Below, piece by piece: positions 1 to 10,916 of a DNA stretch of 64,000 bases. The notes beneath the pieces were generated by a model that ran no database searches, was not told the origin of the DNA, and was given only the letters and a program-made list of their open reading frames with translations. How positions within the stretch are numbered: position 1 is the stretch's first letter; every line of letters starts with the position of its first letter. A program made the translations under genes and the position numbers. Source of the stretch: an uncultured Phycisphaerales bacterium (GTDB lineage: Bacteria > Planctomycetota > Phycisphaerae > Tepidisphaerales > Tepidisphaeraceae); NCBI GenBank assembly GCA_963792535.1, contig CAWBWQ010000001.1, positions 192,001 through 256,000 of the forward strand, given 5' to 3'.

Positions 1-123
1 CATCGAACCGCATGAAGTGCATGTGGGGCACAGCCATTGAAAGGCAAATCGCGGCATCGCCGCGCTTGAACGTGGCGCACCGACGACATACCCTCCCGGT
101 TCCCAATAAAACCACAGGAACCC

Positions 124-1650
124 ATGCCTTATCTTCTCGGAATCGATATCGGAACCAGCGGCACTAAGACCCTTGTTTGTGACGAACAAGGAAGCGTCAT
201 TGCCACCGCCATGGCGGAGCATACGAGTTCATCGCCCAAGCGAGGCTGGTCGGAACAGGATCCGCGGGAATGGTGGGCTGCGACGATCAAGGCAACGCAG
301 GCGGTTTTAAAAAAATCAAAATTGAAAGCAGTCGACATTGGCGCCATCGGCCTTTCGGGGCAGATGCATGGCAGTGTTTTTCTGGGCGACGGAGACAAGC
401 CACTTCGTCCCGCTATCTTGTGGAACGATCAGCGGACGGCGCTGCAGTGCGAAGAAATAGAGAGCAAAGCAGGCGGTCGCGCCGCATTGATCGAACTGGT
501 GGCCAACCCCGCCCTCACCGGTTTTACCGCGCCGAAGATTCTGTGGGTTCGACAGAATGAACCCAAAATTTACGAGAGAACCCGGCATATCTTGTTGCCC
601 AAGGATTACATCCGCTATTGCATGACCGGCGAGTACGCGACCGAGGTAAGCGACGCCAGCGGAACTCTTTTACTGGATGTGGTCAATCGAAAATGGTCAG
701 ACAAGTTGCTGGGATTGCTCAACATCGATAAGGCCCTGCTTCCTGGTTTGCATGAATCGCATGAAGTGACCGGGACATTGAGCACGCAGGCGGCCCGCAG
801 CCTGGGTCTTGCCGCTGGCACGCCGGTGGTGGGCGGCGCGGGCGACCAGGCTGCCGGCGCGGTGGGGAACGGGATTGTAAGCCCGGGGATCGTCAGCGCA
901 ACGCTGGGAACCAGCGGGGTTATCTTCGCTCACAGTGAGAAACCGACGCTGGATCCGCTGGGCCGGGTTCACACGATGTGTCACGCGGTCCGGGGGAAAT
1001 GGTGCGTGTTCGGATGCATGCTGTCAGCGGGTGGTAGCTTTCAATGGTATCGCAATACAAACGGGGCGATGGAGATCGACGCGGCGCGGAAGCTCAAGGC
1101 AGATCCTTATGAATTGCTGGTCGCCGAGGCGGCCAGCGCACCGCTGGGAAGCGAAGGGCTTTTCTTTCTGCCTTATCTGACCGGTGAACGATGCCCGCAT
1201 CCGGATCCGGTCGCGCGCGGCGGGTGGATCGGGCTCACCAACCGCACGACTCGACCGATGATGATTCGCTCGCTGATCGAAGGCGTCACCTACGGCATGC
1301 GTGACATGCTGGAGATCATGAGACAGATGAACATCGCGGTGAAAGAGGTGCGCGGCAGTGGCGGCGGCGCGCGAAGCGAGTTCTGGCGCTCCATGCAGGC
1401 GGATGTCTATCAAGCACCGCTGGTGATTACAAACGCGGCCGAAGGTCCCGCCTATGGCGTGGCACTGCTTGCTGGTGTTGGCACGGGTGTGTGGAGCAGT
1501 GTGGAGCAGGCCTGCGGGGCGTCAATCCGCAGCATCGGCAAAACCGCGCCGAACAAGAAACGGGCAGGGGAATACGACAGGCATTATCGAATCTATGACA
1601 AGCTGTATGGAGATCTGAAAGCGCGCTTCGCTGAGATCGCCGCGTTGTAA
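124..1650 (+). CDS. xylB: Xylulokinase (FGGY sugar kinase)
   Basis: LGIDIGTSGTK, GLSGQMHG, LWNDQRT, FLPYLTGERCPH and GGGARS motifs of FGGY xylulokinases; AGGA upstream. Confidence 0.9.
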   Translation: MPYLLGIDIGTSGTKTLVCDEQGSVIATAMAEHTSSSPKRGWSEQDPREWWAATIKATQAVLKKSKLKAVDIGAIGLSGQMHGSVFLGDGDKPLRPAILWNDQRTALQCEEIESKAGGRAALIELVANPALTGFTAPKILWVRQNEPKIYERTRHILLPKDYIRYCMTGEYATEVSDASGTLLLDVVNRKWSDKLLGLLNIDKALLPGLHESHEVTGTLSTQAARSLGLAAGTPVVGGAGDQAAGAVGNGIVSPGIVSATLGTSGVIFAHSEKPTLDPLGRVHTMCHAVRGKWCVFGCMLSAGGSFQWYRNTNGAMEIDAARKLKADPYELLVAEAASAPLGSEGLFFLPYLTGERCPHPDPVARGGWIGLTNRTTRPMMIRSLIEGVTYGMRDMLEIMRQMNIAVKEVRGSGGGARSEFWRSMQADVYQAPLVITNAAEGPAYGVALLAGVGTGVWSSVEQACGASIRSIGKTAPNKKRAGEYDRHYRIYDKLYGDLKARFAEIAAL

Positions 1651-3256
1651 GATTTATCACGCCGAGCGCGATGTTTTACGCGCCGGCACTGCCTGATAAT
1701 CGATTCTCTTGCGTTGCAGTGGTCTACGAATCGATCGAATTCAAACCGGTCGGTGTTGACGTAGGTGTTGCCGGACTTGCGTTTTAATGCGGTGGCCTTA
1801 TTCAGCACGTCGGCAGATTGTTCCAAGGTAAGATCGTCAATTGATCGATGATCGCCGATCTGGTCCAGGGCGAAACCCGGCGGCAGTGAAGGGGAAACCA
1901 GTGAACGATCCACGTAATAGCGCAGCAGGTTTATATAGGATAGCCGCCGACATTCGCGATAGGCGTCCATCGCCTTGGCAAAGTGTGCGGCGCACTCCGA
2001 TGGGGTGCTTACCATGCCGGTAAGATATTCGTAATCGCCGTTCGCGATTGCGATTTCCGTCTGGATTTCCTGCATATACGAACGGTATTGCAACTCGCGA
2101 TCGGGGAAATGTTTGATATGGCGTGCGTATTCCGCCAACGATCCAAGCAAAAGGCGACTGGTCTTTTCGTAAGCCACCCGCGCCATCTCAAAGGCGTGCG
2201 CATCCTTCACCGGAGAATCGAGTTTGACGCTCTCCGAAGCGCCGAGGTAATCGTCGGGGTTTTGAGGAACGGCGATGCCAAAGGCTTCCAATTCGCGGTG
2301 GCGTCCCTGTTCGAGTTCTTCCTCGCCCCAAAATTTCAGAGATAAAGCAGGCCGACTGTCGATCACCAAGTCGCTGAGTTGATCGTGGTGCTGCAGTTGA
2401 ACGTTCTGAAGAACCTCCGCCCGCTTGTAATAGTTGTATGCCAGACCAAAGGTGGAAACGCCGTCAGGATAAGGACCGAAAGTTCGGCAGGTATTGCAGT
2501 TCGGACCCATCGTCCCATTCCGCGGTGGCGGGAAGGTCTGACGGCCTGGCCATTCCGGGCTTGGGTTTGACCATTTCAGGCAGGACATTGGCAGAGTCAT
2601 TAAGAACGGGGTCGAGGCTGACGCGGCGCCAACCGGCGTCGTGGGAACGCGCGCTGGCCGCCACCGCGTGGGGCAGCGTCTGCTCGCGAACGCGTTTGCG
2701 ATAAAACTGCTTCTCTGCACTCATCCCCAGCTTGTCGAAATACAACTGACCGATGGCGGCGACGATGTTGATGTCATCCGGCTTGGCGGCGTCAACTTTA
2801 TACGCGTAATCCAACGCGCTGAGGATGACGTTATACTTGTTGGCCATGCTGGCCATCTGAACGCTGATGTTGTAGGCCTTGTTCCAGATCTGAAAGATGT
2901 GGACAGTGTCGAATTCGGGCTGGAGCAGGCGGATCCACTCGATCTGGGTGTCGACGCCTTCAAGGTCTTTATCGCTTTTGGCGCTTTCGCTTTGGGTCCA
3001 CAGGATCATCACCAGCGGACCGCGCAGACCACCGAGCAAAAGGCCCAGTGCGAAGCTGTTCATGCCGCCCAGTGATGCGCTGGCGCGTGGAATCACCACC
3101 CTGCTGCGGAATGGCACCCGCGCGGTTCTGGTCGGCCCAGTAGCGTGTCCCGGCGGAACCGAGAAGCAACGCGATCATGACCGCCGCGATAGGCAGTCTG
3201 CTGGAACGTCGACGCATCGGTGAAACTGTCGCAGCAGCTTGTTCGACAACACTCAT
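1593..3256 (-). CDS. Planctomycete-type hypothetical membrane-anchored, TPR-like protein, split by apparent frameshifts
   Basis: Joins three frames (ORFs 2969..3331, 2464..3117, 1593..2720) with shifts near 3085 and 2480. ATG overlaps the upstream permease stop (ATGA at 3253-3256). N-terminal TM segment and LQPEFDTVHIFQIWNKAYNISV motif. True 3' end may be ~1655. Confidence 0.65.
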
Positions 3257-5322
3257 GGCGCGACCTCTTTGTTCTTGAAGACCACGAATGCGAGCACGGT
3301 CAGGGGGACACCAAAAAGCAGAAGCACCCATGCGCCGTTCAATAGCGTCTGAACCGGGATGCTGATACCGCGGTCGATATCTTCGGTAGCTGAGAACTGT
3401 TCGATATCGGGAAGCACCGCGACGATCATTTTCATCGCCTTGTTCAGGTCTTCCACGGTGCTGCTCAGCACCAGCGCCTGCGTGGGATCTCTCACCTGAA
3501 AGTCGGTTGCAATCTGCCGCCCGATGCCGGCGGTTGCGCTGTCTCCGAGTTCATTGACGCCCCACCGGCCCAGCAGCATCACCAGCGTTAAGATGACCGC
3601 GATCGGCCACGACAAAAACGTGCTGCAGAAAACCGAGATGGTGGTCACCAGGATAGACAGGGACCAGAGCACCAGGGAGCTTTTGATCAGGTTCAACGCA
3701 AAGCTTTCATCGGACTGAACCAGCGACAGACTTGCCCGCTTGACGTTTAACCATTGCTCAGGAGAGAGGCAACGGACGATCACCTGAAAATCACCGTCAC
3801 CCACCGCATCGGCGGGCAGGCTTGCATAGCAGGGGTGATTGTTTTCCGGAGTCACAATAATAGGAGCCGAGGTCTTACCGGTGTGGGAGTTCACCACGGT
3901 CAACGACGCCGAGGTGAGCGTGTCCTCGTCACGGATTTCTCCGCTTTTTTCGACGCCCACGCGAAATTCGATTGGGACGACAGCGTTTGATCCATGGTCG
4001 ATTTTCAGGTTGTTGTAGGTGAAGACGCACACCTGGGAACTTGCCGAGGGATCACCTTTTATTTGCTGACCGGTCACACCTTCGCGGCCGGCGAATACAA
4101 ACCGGCCCGGCCGAGAGGGATCCACAGGATCAGAAGGCAACACGACGGCAGGCTTTTTATCATCGCTGACAACTGGAACCAGCAACTGCACCGGGGGTTG
4201 AGCGGGGTCTTCGTCGATCCAGACTTTTGCATCATCGCTACCACCGGAGATGGCAAGGAAAAAGAAAGGATGGCTTGCGATAGACGCGGCATAATTCGGC
4301 GGAATATCGAGATAAATGGGCTGCGAGCCATCAGCGGTGGGGATAACGGCAGGGTTGCCTTTGATTTCGGCGCCGATCAGATTGTGTACGTCCTGATCCA
4401 TGACCAGCACAGTGACCTGAGGCAGTTTGGCGTTTTGCTGCGGTGCGGAGACCGCACTTGTCGGGGCGGAATGGGTGGGAGCAAGATCGTAACCCATGGT
4501 CAGGCTGATCCGCAAACCGGGCATACCGGGATGCTGATTGCCATCGGGATCGACATTGGCCCACATATCCGCCGGCAGGCGGAAAGGCACGAGGATCATG
4601 CCATCTGCCGAGGGATATTTGCGATGACTTTGCGGCTGCGGTGCCTGCGCGAAGATATTCATCGTATTCGGCAAGGCGAGCCGCTTGGCGTTTAGCAGAC
4701 CCGAATCCACATAATGCTGTAAGGTCGGACGAGAGATTGCTTCTACCGTGTTATCCCGCAGGCGTTCCCTCAGATCGCGCTGAAGGTTCCACGCGCGGAC
4801 ATTGAGATAACCGTAAGTGAACGCACCCATAATCAGCAGGATGGTGGCAGACACCCGGGCAAATCCGACGATCTTACCGATAATGATTTCCAGCCGGGTC
4901 GTGGGTTTCGATACGACGGTGAAGATCACCCGGTTTTCAATCTCGCGCGGAAGGTTGGTGCATGCCAGGATAATCGTGCTGATGACCACCACCATGCCGG
5001 TGGCAAAGAGGCAGAACTTGGTGGTCTGCCGAATGGCATCCTGTTCGTCGACCGGCTGCTGCAGTTGCACAACAATCACCAGCCCGATAATTGCCAGCGG
5101 AATGATCCACAGCACCCGACGGCGAATGGATTCCTGGTAGCAGACACCGGCGATGGCCCAGATGCGCGTCAAGCTGAGGCGGAACAGATCAGACAAGCCG
5201 AAAATTCCAAGGCCCAGCAGCGCGATGGCTGTCCCGATCGTGAGCATCGGATCGGCCCATAGCCAGTGGGGAATGGCGCTCAGTTCCCATGCGTGGAAGT
5301 TGAAATCAGTGGGTGGGGACAT
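3253..5322 (-). CDS. ABC-2-type transporter permease with a large extracytoplasmic insert
   Basis: N- and C-terminal TM bundles, LPREIENRVIFTVVSKP motif, ~350-aa soluble insert, ends FKNKEVAP; adjacent to an ABC ATPase. Confidence 0.85.
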   Translation of the reverse strand: MSPPTDFNFHAWELSAIPHWLWADPMLTIGTAIALLGLGIFGLSDLFRLSLTRIWAIAGVCYQESIRRRVLWIIPLAIIGLVIVVQLQQPVDEQDAIRQTTKFCLFATGMVVVISTIILACTNLPREIENRVIFTVVSKPTTRLEIIIGKIVGFARVSATILLIMGAFTYGYLNVRAWNLQRDLRERLRDNTVEAISRPTLQHYVDSGLLNAKRLALPNTMNIFAQAPQPQSHRKYPSADGMILVPFRLPADMWANVDPDGNQHPGMPGLRISLTMGYDLAPTHSAPTSAVSAPQQNAKLPQVTVLVMDQDVHNLIGAEIKGNPAVIPTADGSQPIYLDIPPNYAASIASHPFFFLAISGGSDDAKVWIDEDPAQPPVQLLVPVVSDDKKPAVVLPSDPVDPSRPGRFVFAGREGVTGQQIKGDPSASSQVCVFTYNNLKIDHGSNAVVPIEFRVGVEKSGEIRDEDTLTSASLTVVNSHTGKTSAPIIVTPENNHPCYASLPADAVGDGDFQVIVRCLSPEQWLNVKRASLSLVQSDESFALNLIKSSLVLWSLSILVTTISVFCSTFLSWPIAVILTLVMLLGRWGVNELGDSATAGIGRQIATDFQVRDPTQALVLSSTVEDLNKAMKMIVAVLPDIEQFSATEDIDRGISIPVQTLLNGAWVLLLFGVPLTVLAFVVFKNKEVAP

Positions 5323-5428
5323 CGGAGGAACCTCGTTCTATTCAAGCATGCGTTTCACGAAGTGCGGAACTCGCGTGAGGGATGATTTTAATCACCATCA
5401 TCAACGCGCCTCGCCGCCGAGTTGCGAA

Positions 5429-6325
5429 TTATTCCGCTTCATTCGACCCGGTATATGCGACCGGCTGGCCGTTGCTGGTGTTCTCTTTTACGATCCGCAT
5501 GAATAGATCTTCAAGCGTGGTGGTGGGGTGGGTGATCGTCGCGTCGCTCAGGCCCATACGCGAGAGGTGCCCGCGAATTTCCTGGATCTGCGCTTCGGTC
5601 ATCCCCCGGGTTTCCAGTTGCGTGATATCCCTGACCTGCAGCAGGTCCTTCACCGCGCCGAGTTGCTGCATTTTTCCGCGGAACAGAATCGTGATCCGAT
5701 CGCAGACATCCTGCACGTCAGCCAGCAGATGACTGCAGAGCACGACGGTTTTACCCTGCTGTTTCAGTGAGATGATCAGATCCTTCATCTCGCGGGTTCC
5801 GATTGGGTCCAATCCGGTGGTGGGTTCGTCCAGAAGTATAAGGTCGGGATTATTGATTAAGGCCTGCGCGAGACCGATTCGGCGGGCCATGCCCTTGGAA
5901 TACTCGCGCAGCTTCCGCTTGCGCGCTTTCTGGTCCAGCCCGACGATATCGAGCAGTTCCGGCACCCGGCGGTTGAGCGTTCGGCGGTCGATCTTAAAAA
6001 GGCGACCGTAGAACTTCAAAATCTCTTCGCCGTTTAAAAATCGATACAGGTAGGATTCTTCGGGAAGAAACCCAATCCGCTCATTGATAACGGTGCTGCC
6101 GGTGGGATGTCCCAGGATGGTGGCAGAGCCTTTTGAAGGGAAAATCAACCCGAGAAGCAGCTTGATTGTGGTGCTCTTGCCCGAACCGTTGGGTCCGAGC
6201 AGACCAAACACTTCGCCCCGCTCGATGGTGAGGTTCAGCCCTTCCAGAGCACGAACTTTGTCCCTGCCCCAGAAGTCTTTGTAGACCTTGGTCAGGTTTT
6301 CGGTATGAACCGCTGCATCATTCAT
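5429..6325 (-). CDS. ABC transporter ATP-binding protein
   Basis: Walker A GPNGSGKST, signature YSKGM, Walker B LILLDEP, H-loop SH. Confidence 0.95.
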   Translation of the reverse strand: MNDAAVHTENLTKVYKDFWGRDKVRALEGLNLTIERGEVFGLLGPNGSGKSTTIKLLLGLIFPSKGSATILGHPTGSTVINERIGFLPEESYLYRFLNGEEILKFYGRLFKIDRRTLNRRVPELLDIVGLDQKARKRKLREYSKGMARRIGLAQALINNPDLILLDEPTTGLDPIGTREMKDLIISLKQQGKTVVLCSHLLADVQDVCDRITILFRGKMQQLGAVKDLLQVRDITQLETRGMTEAQIQEIRGHLSRMGLSDATITHPTTTLEDLFMRIVKENTSNGQPVAYTGSNEAE

Positions 6326-6328
6326 TCT

Positions 6329-6413
6329 TGGTCCATTGTCAGTGGTCCGTTGTCAGCTGTAAAAAAGCCAGTTGCACACCTTCACAACCGATAACGGGCG
6401 ATTGACAACTGAC
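6329..6413. repeat. Heptamer tandem repeat (TGGTCCA TTGTCAG TGGTCCG TTGTCAG) with an inverted partial copy (TGACAACTGAC)
   Basis: 7-nt periodicity at 6329-6356; reverse-complement units at 6403-6413. Confidence 0.55.
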
Positions 6414-6417
6414 GCCG

Positions 6418-6600
6418 TTATCGACCCACGGGCTTAAGCCGGGGCTTGCTGCGAATGCGGCGGCGGCGTTTTTCACTGGGCTTTTCGTAATACGCAACAC
6501 GCTTGATGTCTTTGGTAAGACCTTCTTTTTCACACATTTTCTTAAAACGCCGGAGCATCTGCTCGGCGGTTTCGTTGCCGCGACTCTTGATCTTGATCAT
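6418..6600 (-). CDS. rpsU: 30S ribosomal protein bS21
   Basis: 60 aa, LRRFKK...YYEKPSEKRRR; AAGGA RBS. Confidence 0.95.
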   Translation of the reverse strand: MIKIKSRGNETAEQMLRRFKKMCEKEGLTKDIKRVAYYEKPSEKRRRRIRSKPRLKPVGR

Positions 6601-6704
6601 TGGATCCTTTCAGTGACGCTTGTCGAAACCCCGAGGGGTAAAAACCGAAGTATCGACAAAAACAGCCGCAGGCAAACATTTTGCCTCGGCGGCTGACGCC
6701 GTGT

Positions 6705-6732
6705 AGTCTACCCAACGCCTTCAATTGTTCAA
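6705..6732 (-). promoter_or_regulatory. Putative sigma70 promoter of rpsU
   Basis: TTGAAC-N16-TAGACT on the minus strand. Confidence 0.55.
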
Positions 6733-6899
6733 GAACGACGACTTTCGCTCCGCACAAGTCAGAAAATAACCGCCGCCGACATCTGCCCAATGCGCCGGCC
6801 CGCCGGATGTTGCAAAATGCTTCTGCAAACACACCACGTGGTCGCCGTGTTCGGTCTGTCAACTCGCACATTCCACGCGATACGCTAATCTGTTCCGTC

Positions 6900-9121
6900 A
6901 TGCCCGATCCGAGAACCGGCGCACGAAAACTGGACATGAAATTAATCATGCTCATGTCCGTAACCGGATTGGTGCTTTTGGCATATTTGTTGAGCGAACA
7001 TTTCCATGGTGGGACCGCGGCGAATGTCGTGGTGACTCCACCACAGCCGGCGACCGCGGTGTCGCCGCCGGCATTACTGCCGCCTGCTCCAACGGCGGAG
7101 CAATTCACGGTGACGACAGTGAATCGCCCTGTACGCGGCTACGGTCGCCTGGCGACCTGGGCTACAATCGTGGATTTATCCGCCGATCAACAACAGTACC
7201 TTGCCATAAAATCCGAATCCAATCGAAAACGCGGCACCGGGTCTATCGACACACTCCTGCTTTACGATCTGAAATCGACCACCTCGGTAAAAACGCTAAC
7301 CGGGCCAGAGGACCGCGATGAGTATAGCTTTGACATCGCGGCTCTCTCACCCGATGGCAAACGCGTCGCCACGGGAAGCTTTTATGGCTGGGTTCGTGTG
7401 CGTGACACCGCCAACGGCAGCGAGATCGCAGCCTGGCGGGAAAATTTCAAGCTGATTGAAGCAATGGCGTTTTCGCCCGATGGAAAAATGCTGGCAACCG
7501 CATCCAGCAGTGACATGGGACAGGAACATTTCATTTACGTCTATGACGCCGTGAGCCTGAAAAAGCTGTTTACGCTGTCGCGTCACGATGACGACATCAC
7601 GCATCTGTTGTTCACCGCCGACAGCAAATCACTAATCTCCAGCAGCAGGGATTACACCATCAAGGTGTGGGACATATCCGCCGCGCAGAAATAGCAACGC
7701 TGCAAGGTCATTCGGGCGGGGTTCAAACCATCAGCCTGTCGCCGGATGGCACGCGATTAGCCTCAGGGGGCGATGACAATCGTGTATGCGTCTGGAACAC
7801 CGGGACATGGAAATTGATACGCAGTTTCTCATCCTGCGAACAGGACGTCTTCAACAGAACTTATGTACAGTGCGTGGCTTTCGCCGGCCAGCCGGGAAGG
7901 GTTCTGTCATCTGGATCGGATCAATACATTCATTTGTGGGATCTGGACAGCGGGCAGCCGCTGGCTCGTTTCAACCAGCGGGCCTCGAAGATTTTCATGA
8001 TGCCCGACGGCAGGCGGTTCATCGCCGACAACGGGAGGCTATTATCCGAATGGGAGATCCCCGCCGGACTCGCGCCCGTCGCTGGAGTCGCCGCAGTTTC
8101 CGACAACAAAGCATTCCACGGGCTGGTCAGCACTTTTCACATCAATGATGATCCCGGCAATGGCTGGCAGCTTACTCTGGCCTCTCGACCCGATTCTAAA
8201 GAAATCCTGATTGCAAATAACGATGTTTACCGCAACGAATTCATCGTTTGGAACTGGGCCGCCAACAAGGAGGTTTCGCGCGTTCAGATTCCCAAGCAAG
8301 CCGATGGAAAGCACAGCATCCTGGCATTGTCGGCTGATGGGAAACTAGCAGCGGTTGGAGGTGATGGTGGATCTCTTAGCATTGTCAACACCTCCGATGG
8401 CAAGGAACTGGTCCAATTCGTCGGGCACAAAAGCGTCGTGTACAAAGCGGCGTTCTCCGCCGACAGTCAATTCCTGGTTTCATCCGAAGCTCCCGATCCG
8501 AAAGACAGCAACAAAGCTCCCCTGATTCTTTGGAACACCAGAACCGGCGAGGTGGTTCGCCGACTTGAGGGCGGCTCGGATGTCATCTGGACGATGGCCG
8601 TGTTTCCCGATGGCAAGCACATGATTTGCGGCGGTGGAGCTTTTGAAACAGTTTCAGGCAACGAGAAACCAGTCCGGTGCATGCTGCGAATGTGGGATCT
8701 TGAAACGGGCAAGGAAATAAGGCAATTCATTGGCCATAAGAACTTCATTGATTCGCTGGCCGTCTCACCCAACGGGAAGAGAATCGTCTCCGGAGATCAG
8801 GACGGTGAGACGATCATCTGGAACACGGACACCGCCCAGGTGCTGTGTCACCTGCCGCCGCACGTCAATCGCAACGGCCAGGCCAGCACAACATCTTTGG
8901 TGTTCTCAGCCGACGGCACCCGCATTCTCAGCGGCGGCGCGGATACCGATGTCTTTGTCAGTGATTCTGAGACCGGGGAAGAACTCGGACGCCTGGAAGG
9001 GCACCGAGGGGGTATTACATGTTTGAAGGTCAGCCCCGACGGCCGTTTCGCAATTTCGGCCGCGAGCGATCGCACGGCCCGGGTATGGCAAATGCCTGGT
9101 CAAAATGAGAATGGTCTGTGA
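6900..9121 (+). CDS. Membrane-anchored or secreted WD40-repeat beta-propeller protein (one frameshift ~7685)
   Basis: N-terminal hydrophobic segment, many GH...SPDG...W[DN] repeats; repeat register continues across the junction IKVWDIS|EIATLQGH. Confidence 0.85.
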
Positions 9122-9225
9122 TTTCGCTGTTCTAAACTCCTCGGGCTTCCCGAAGCACCGTCGGTCAACCCCGAAGGGTACCGGGCTTTTCCAGCGCAAC
9201 TGAAGATGTTAACTTTGGCTCACTG

Positions 9226-9624
9226 ATGCAGGGCGTTATTACCATCCGCGTGCGCTATCCCGAGGTGGATGCAATGGGATACCTGCACCACAGCCGCTAT
9301 CTGCAGTATTTTGAGATGGGGCGGGTGGAACTGCTTCGGTCGTTTGGGTTCAGCTATGCCGAACTCGAGCGGCAGGGGGTGTTTTTTGTGGTCATCAAGG
9401 CTGAAATTCAGTACAAATCACCCGCTCGTTACGACGAAGAGTTGCAGCTGACCACCCGGGTAACCAGGCAAACATTCGTTCGATACGACCACAGCTATCA
9501 GCTGCGGCGAGGCACGACATTATTGGCTGAAGGGACCACCAGCATCGCCTGCGTGGGCCGCGACGGTCAGGTCATTAAAATTCCTCAGGCCCTGGCAGAC
9601 GCCGGCGAGCGCAAGGACGCCTGA
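9226..9624 (+). CDS. Acyl-CoA thioesterase (4HBT/YbgC family)
   Basis: RVRYPEVDAMGYLHHSRYLQYFEMGR hot-dog motif. Confidence 0.9.
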   Translation: MQGVITIRVRYPEVDAMGYLHHSRYLQYFEMGRVELLRSFGFSYAELERQGVFFVVIKAEIQYKSPARYDEELQLTTRVTRQTFVRYDHSYQLRRGTTLLAEGTTSIACVGRDGQVIKIPQALADAGERKDA

Positions 9625-9774
9625 CATTTTGCTGCTGCGCCAGGAATTTTTACCCCGTTCATGTTAGAAAATGGTACTATAGGGATCTGGAGCACGGTAC
9701 ATCGGCACCGTCTATCCGCAATTTACATTTCTGACTTACGACTGCTGGCAGTTGCAGGACGACGGAGAACGCAA

Positions 9775-10837
9775 ATGAAGCGCAAATGTTACCGAATTCG
9801 AAACGGCGGCTTCACACTGATTGAGCTTCTGGTGGTTGTTGGAATCATTGCCGTGTTGATTGCCATTCTTCTCCCCGCATTAAACAGCGTCCGCTCGCGG
9901 GCAAATGTGGTCGCATGTGCTTCCAACGTTCGGCAGATTGTCACCGCCACTCTGGAATATGCCGCTTCAAATCACGGATTACTTCCACCGCGCATACGCG
10001 GGTGTATCGTCAGTTGATAGCAATGGATTCGACTTTATCTATCTCACTTTTCCCTTCCCGGGACGAACAACCCCCTTGAGTTGCAACATCGGCACACTGC
10101 TGCAGGATGGTTACCTGGGGCGGGTCGACCCGACTTACCTGAACGCCCATTTTGAGACCATGGCCATGGCTCCCGTGCGTTTCGATCCGGCAATTGGGGA
10201 CGTGAGTTTTGAAGTGCAGGGTTTATATGGCAGCCATGCAGCGATCGACACCCCGGTAATCTGGAGTTCCAGCTACGAATACAACCCGCATTGGGCTTTC
10301 ACCAGCGCATACGGGAAGTGGTCCGGTGGCGGAACGATCAACACGGGGGTGGACACTGTAAGCTGGTACACCTCGGTGAACGGATACAACGCTCATAAAG
10401 CGCTCGTCACTGATCTCAACTCCTGTGGCGCGGAGGGAAACCCGAACTACCTCGGACTGGCACCTCATAAAGCAGGCGCATTCTGGGTTTACAATCTCGG
10501 TTATGTCGACGGGCACGTCGCATCCGTGCGGGACAGGGTAATGATGAATTGCCCCAAGGGAAGCTACCTGGGTTATGCAATTCGCATTCCCAGTGAAACC
10601 GAAGGGTATGATTCCGTGCTGGACGCCCTGGAAGCCGAGGCCGAGAACCGCGACCCCGTCACCAGTGGCGGCGACCCCAGAATGCCCCCGCTCACCAGGG
10701 CGTTAGGCACCGGCGGGTCCAGCACGCCTTGGGAATATCGCCTTCAAGGCGGTAATGCCGGCAATGTGCCAGGCGAACAAACCAACCCCTCTAAGCCGGG
10801 TTACGGGCTGTATCACCCATTGGTTCCGTGGCAATAA
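9775..10837 (+). CDS. Prepilin-type N-terminal cleavage/methylation protein (DUF1559/H-X9-DG type), frameshift ~9990
   Basis: G|FTLIELLVVVGIIAVLIAILLPAL; CASNVRQI; C-terminal H...NLGYVDGHV. Confidence 0.85.
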
Positions 10838-10916
10838 TTCACGGGCGGAACACGCGAGCGGCGAATTTAAGTCCGTAACAGGCGAGACCCATTTTAGCTT
10901 GCTCAATCTATATCAC

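Noticed and set aside
6900..9121. Two separate WD40 genes, or a defence/STAND-associated system
   Set aside because: Repeat register continues across the junction, and no NTPase, TIR or caspase domain is present
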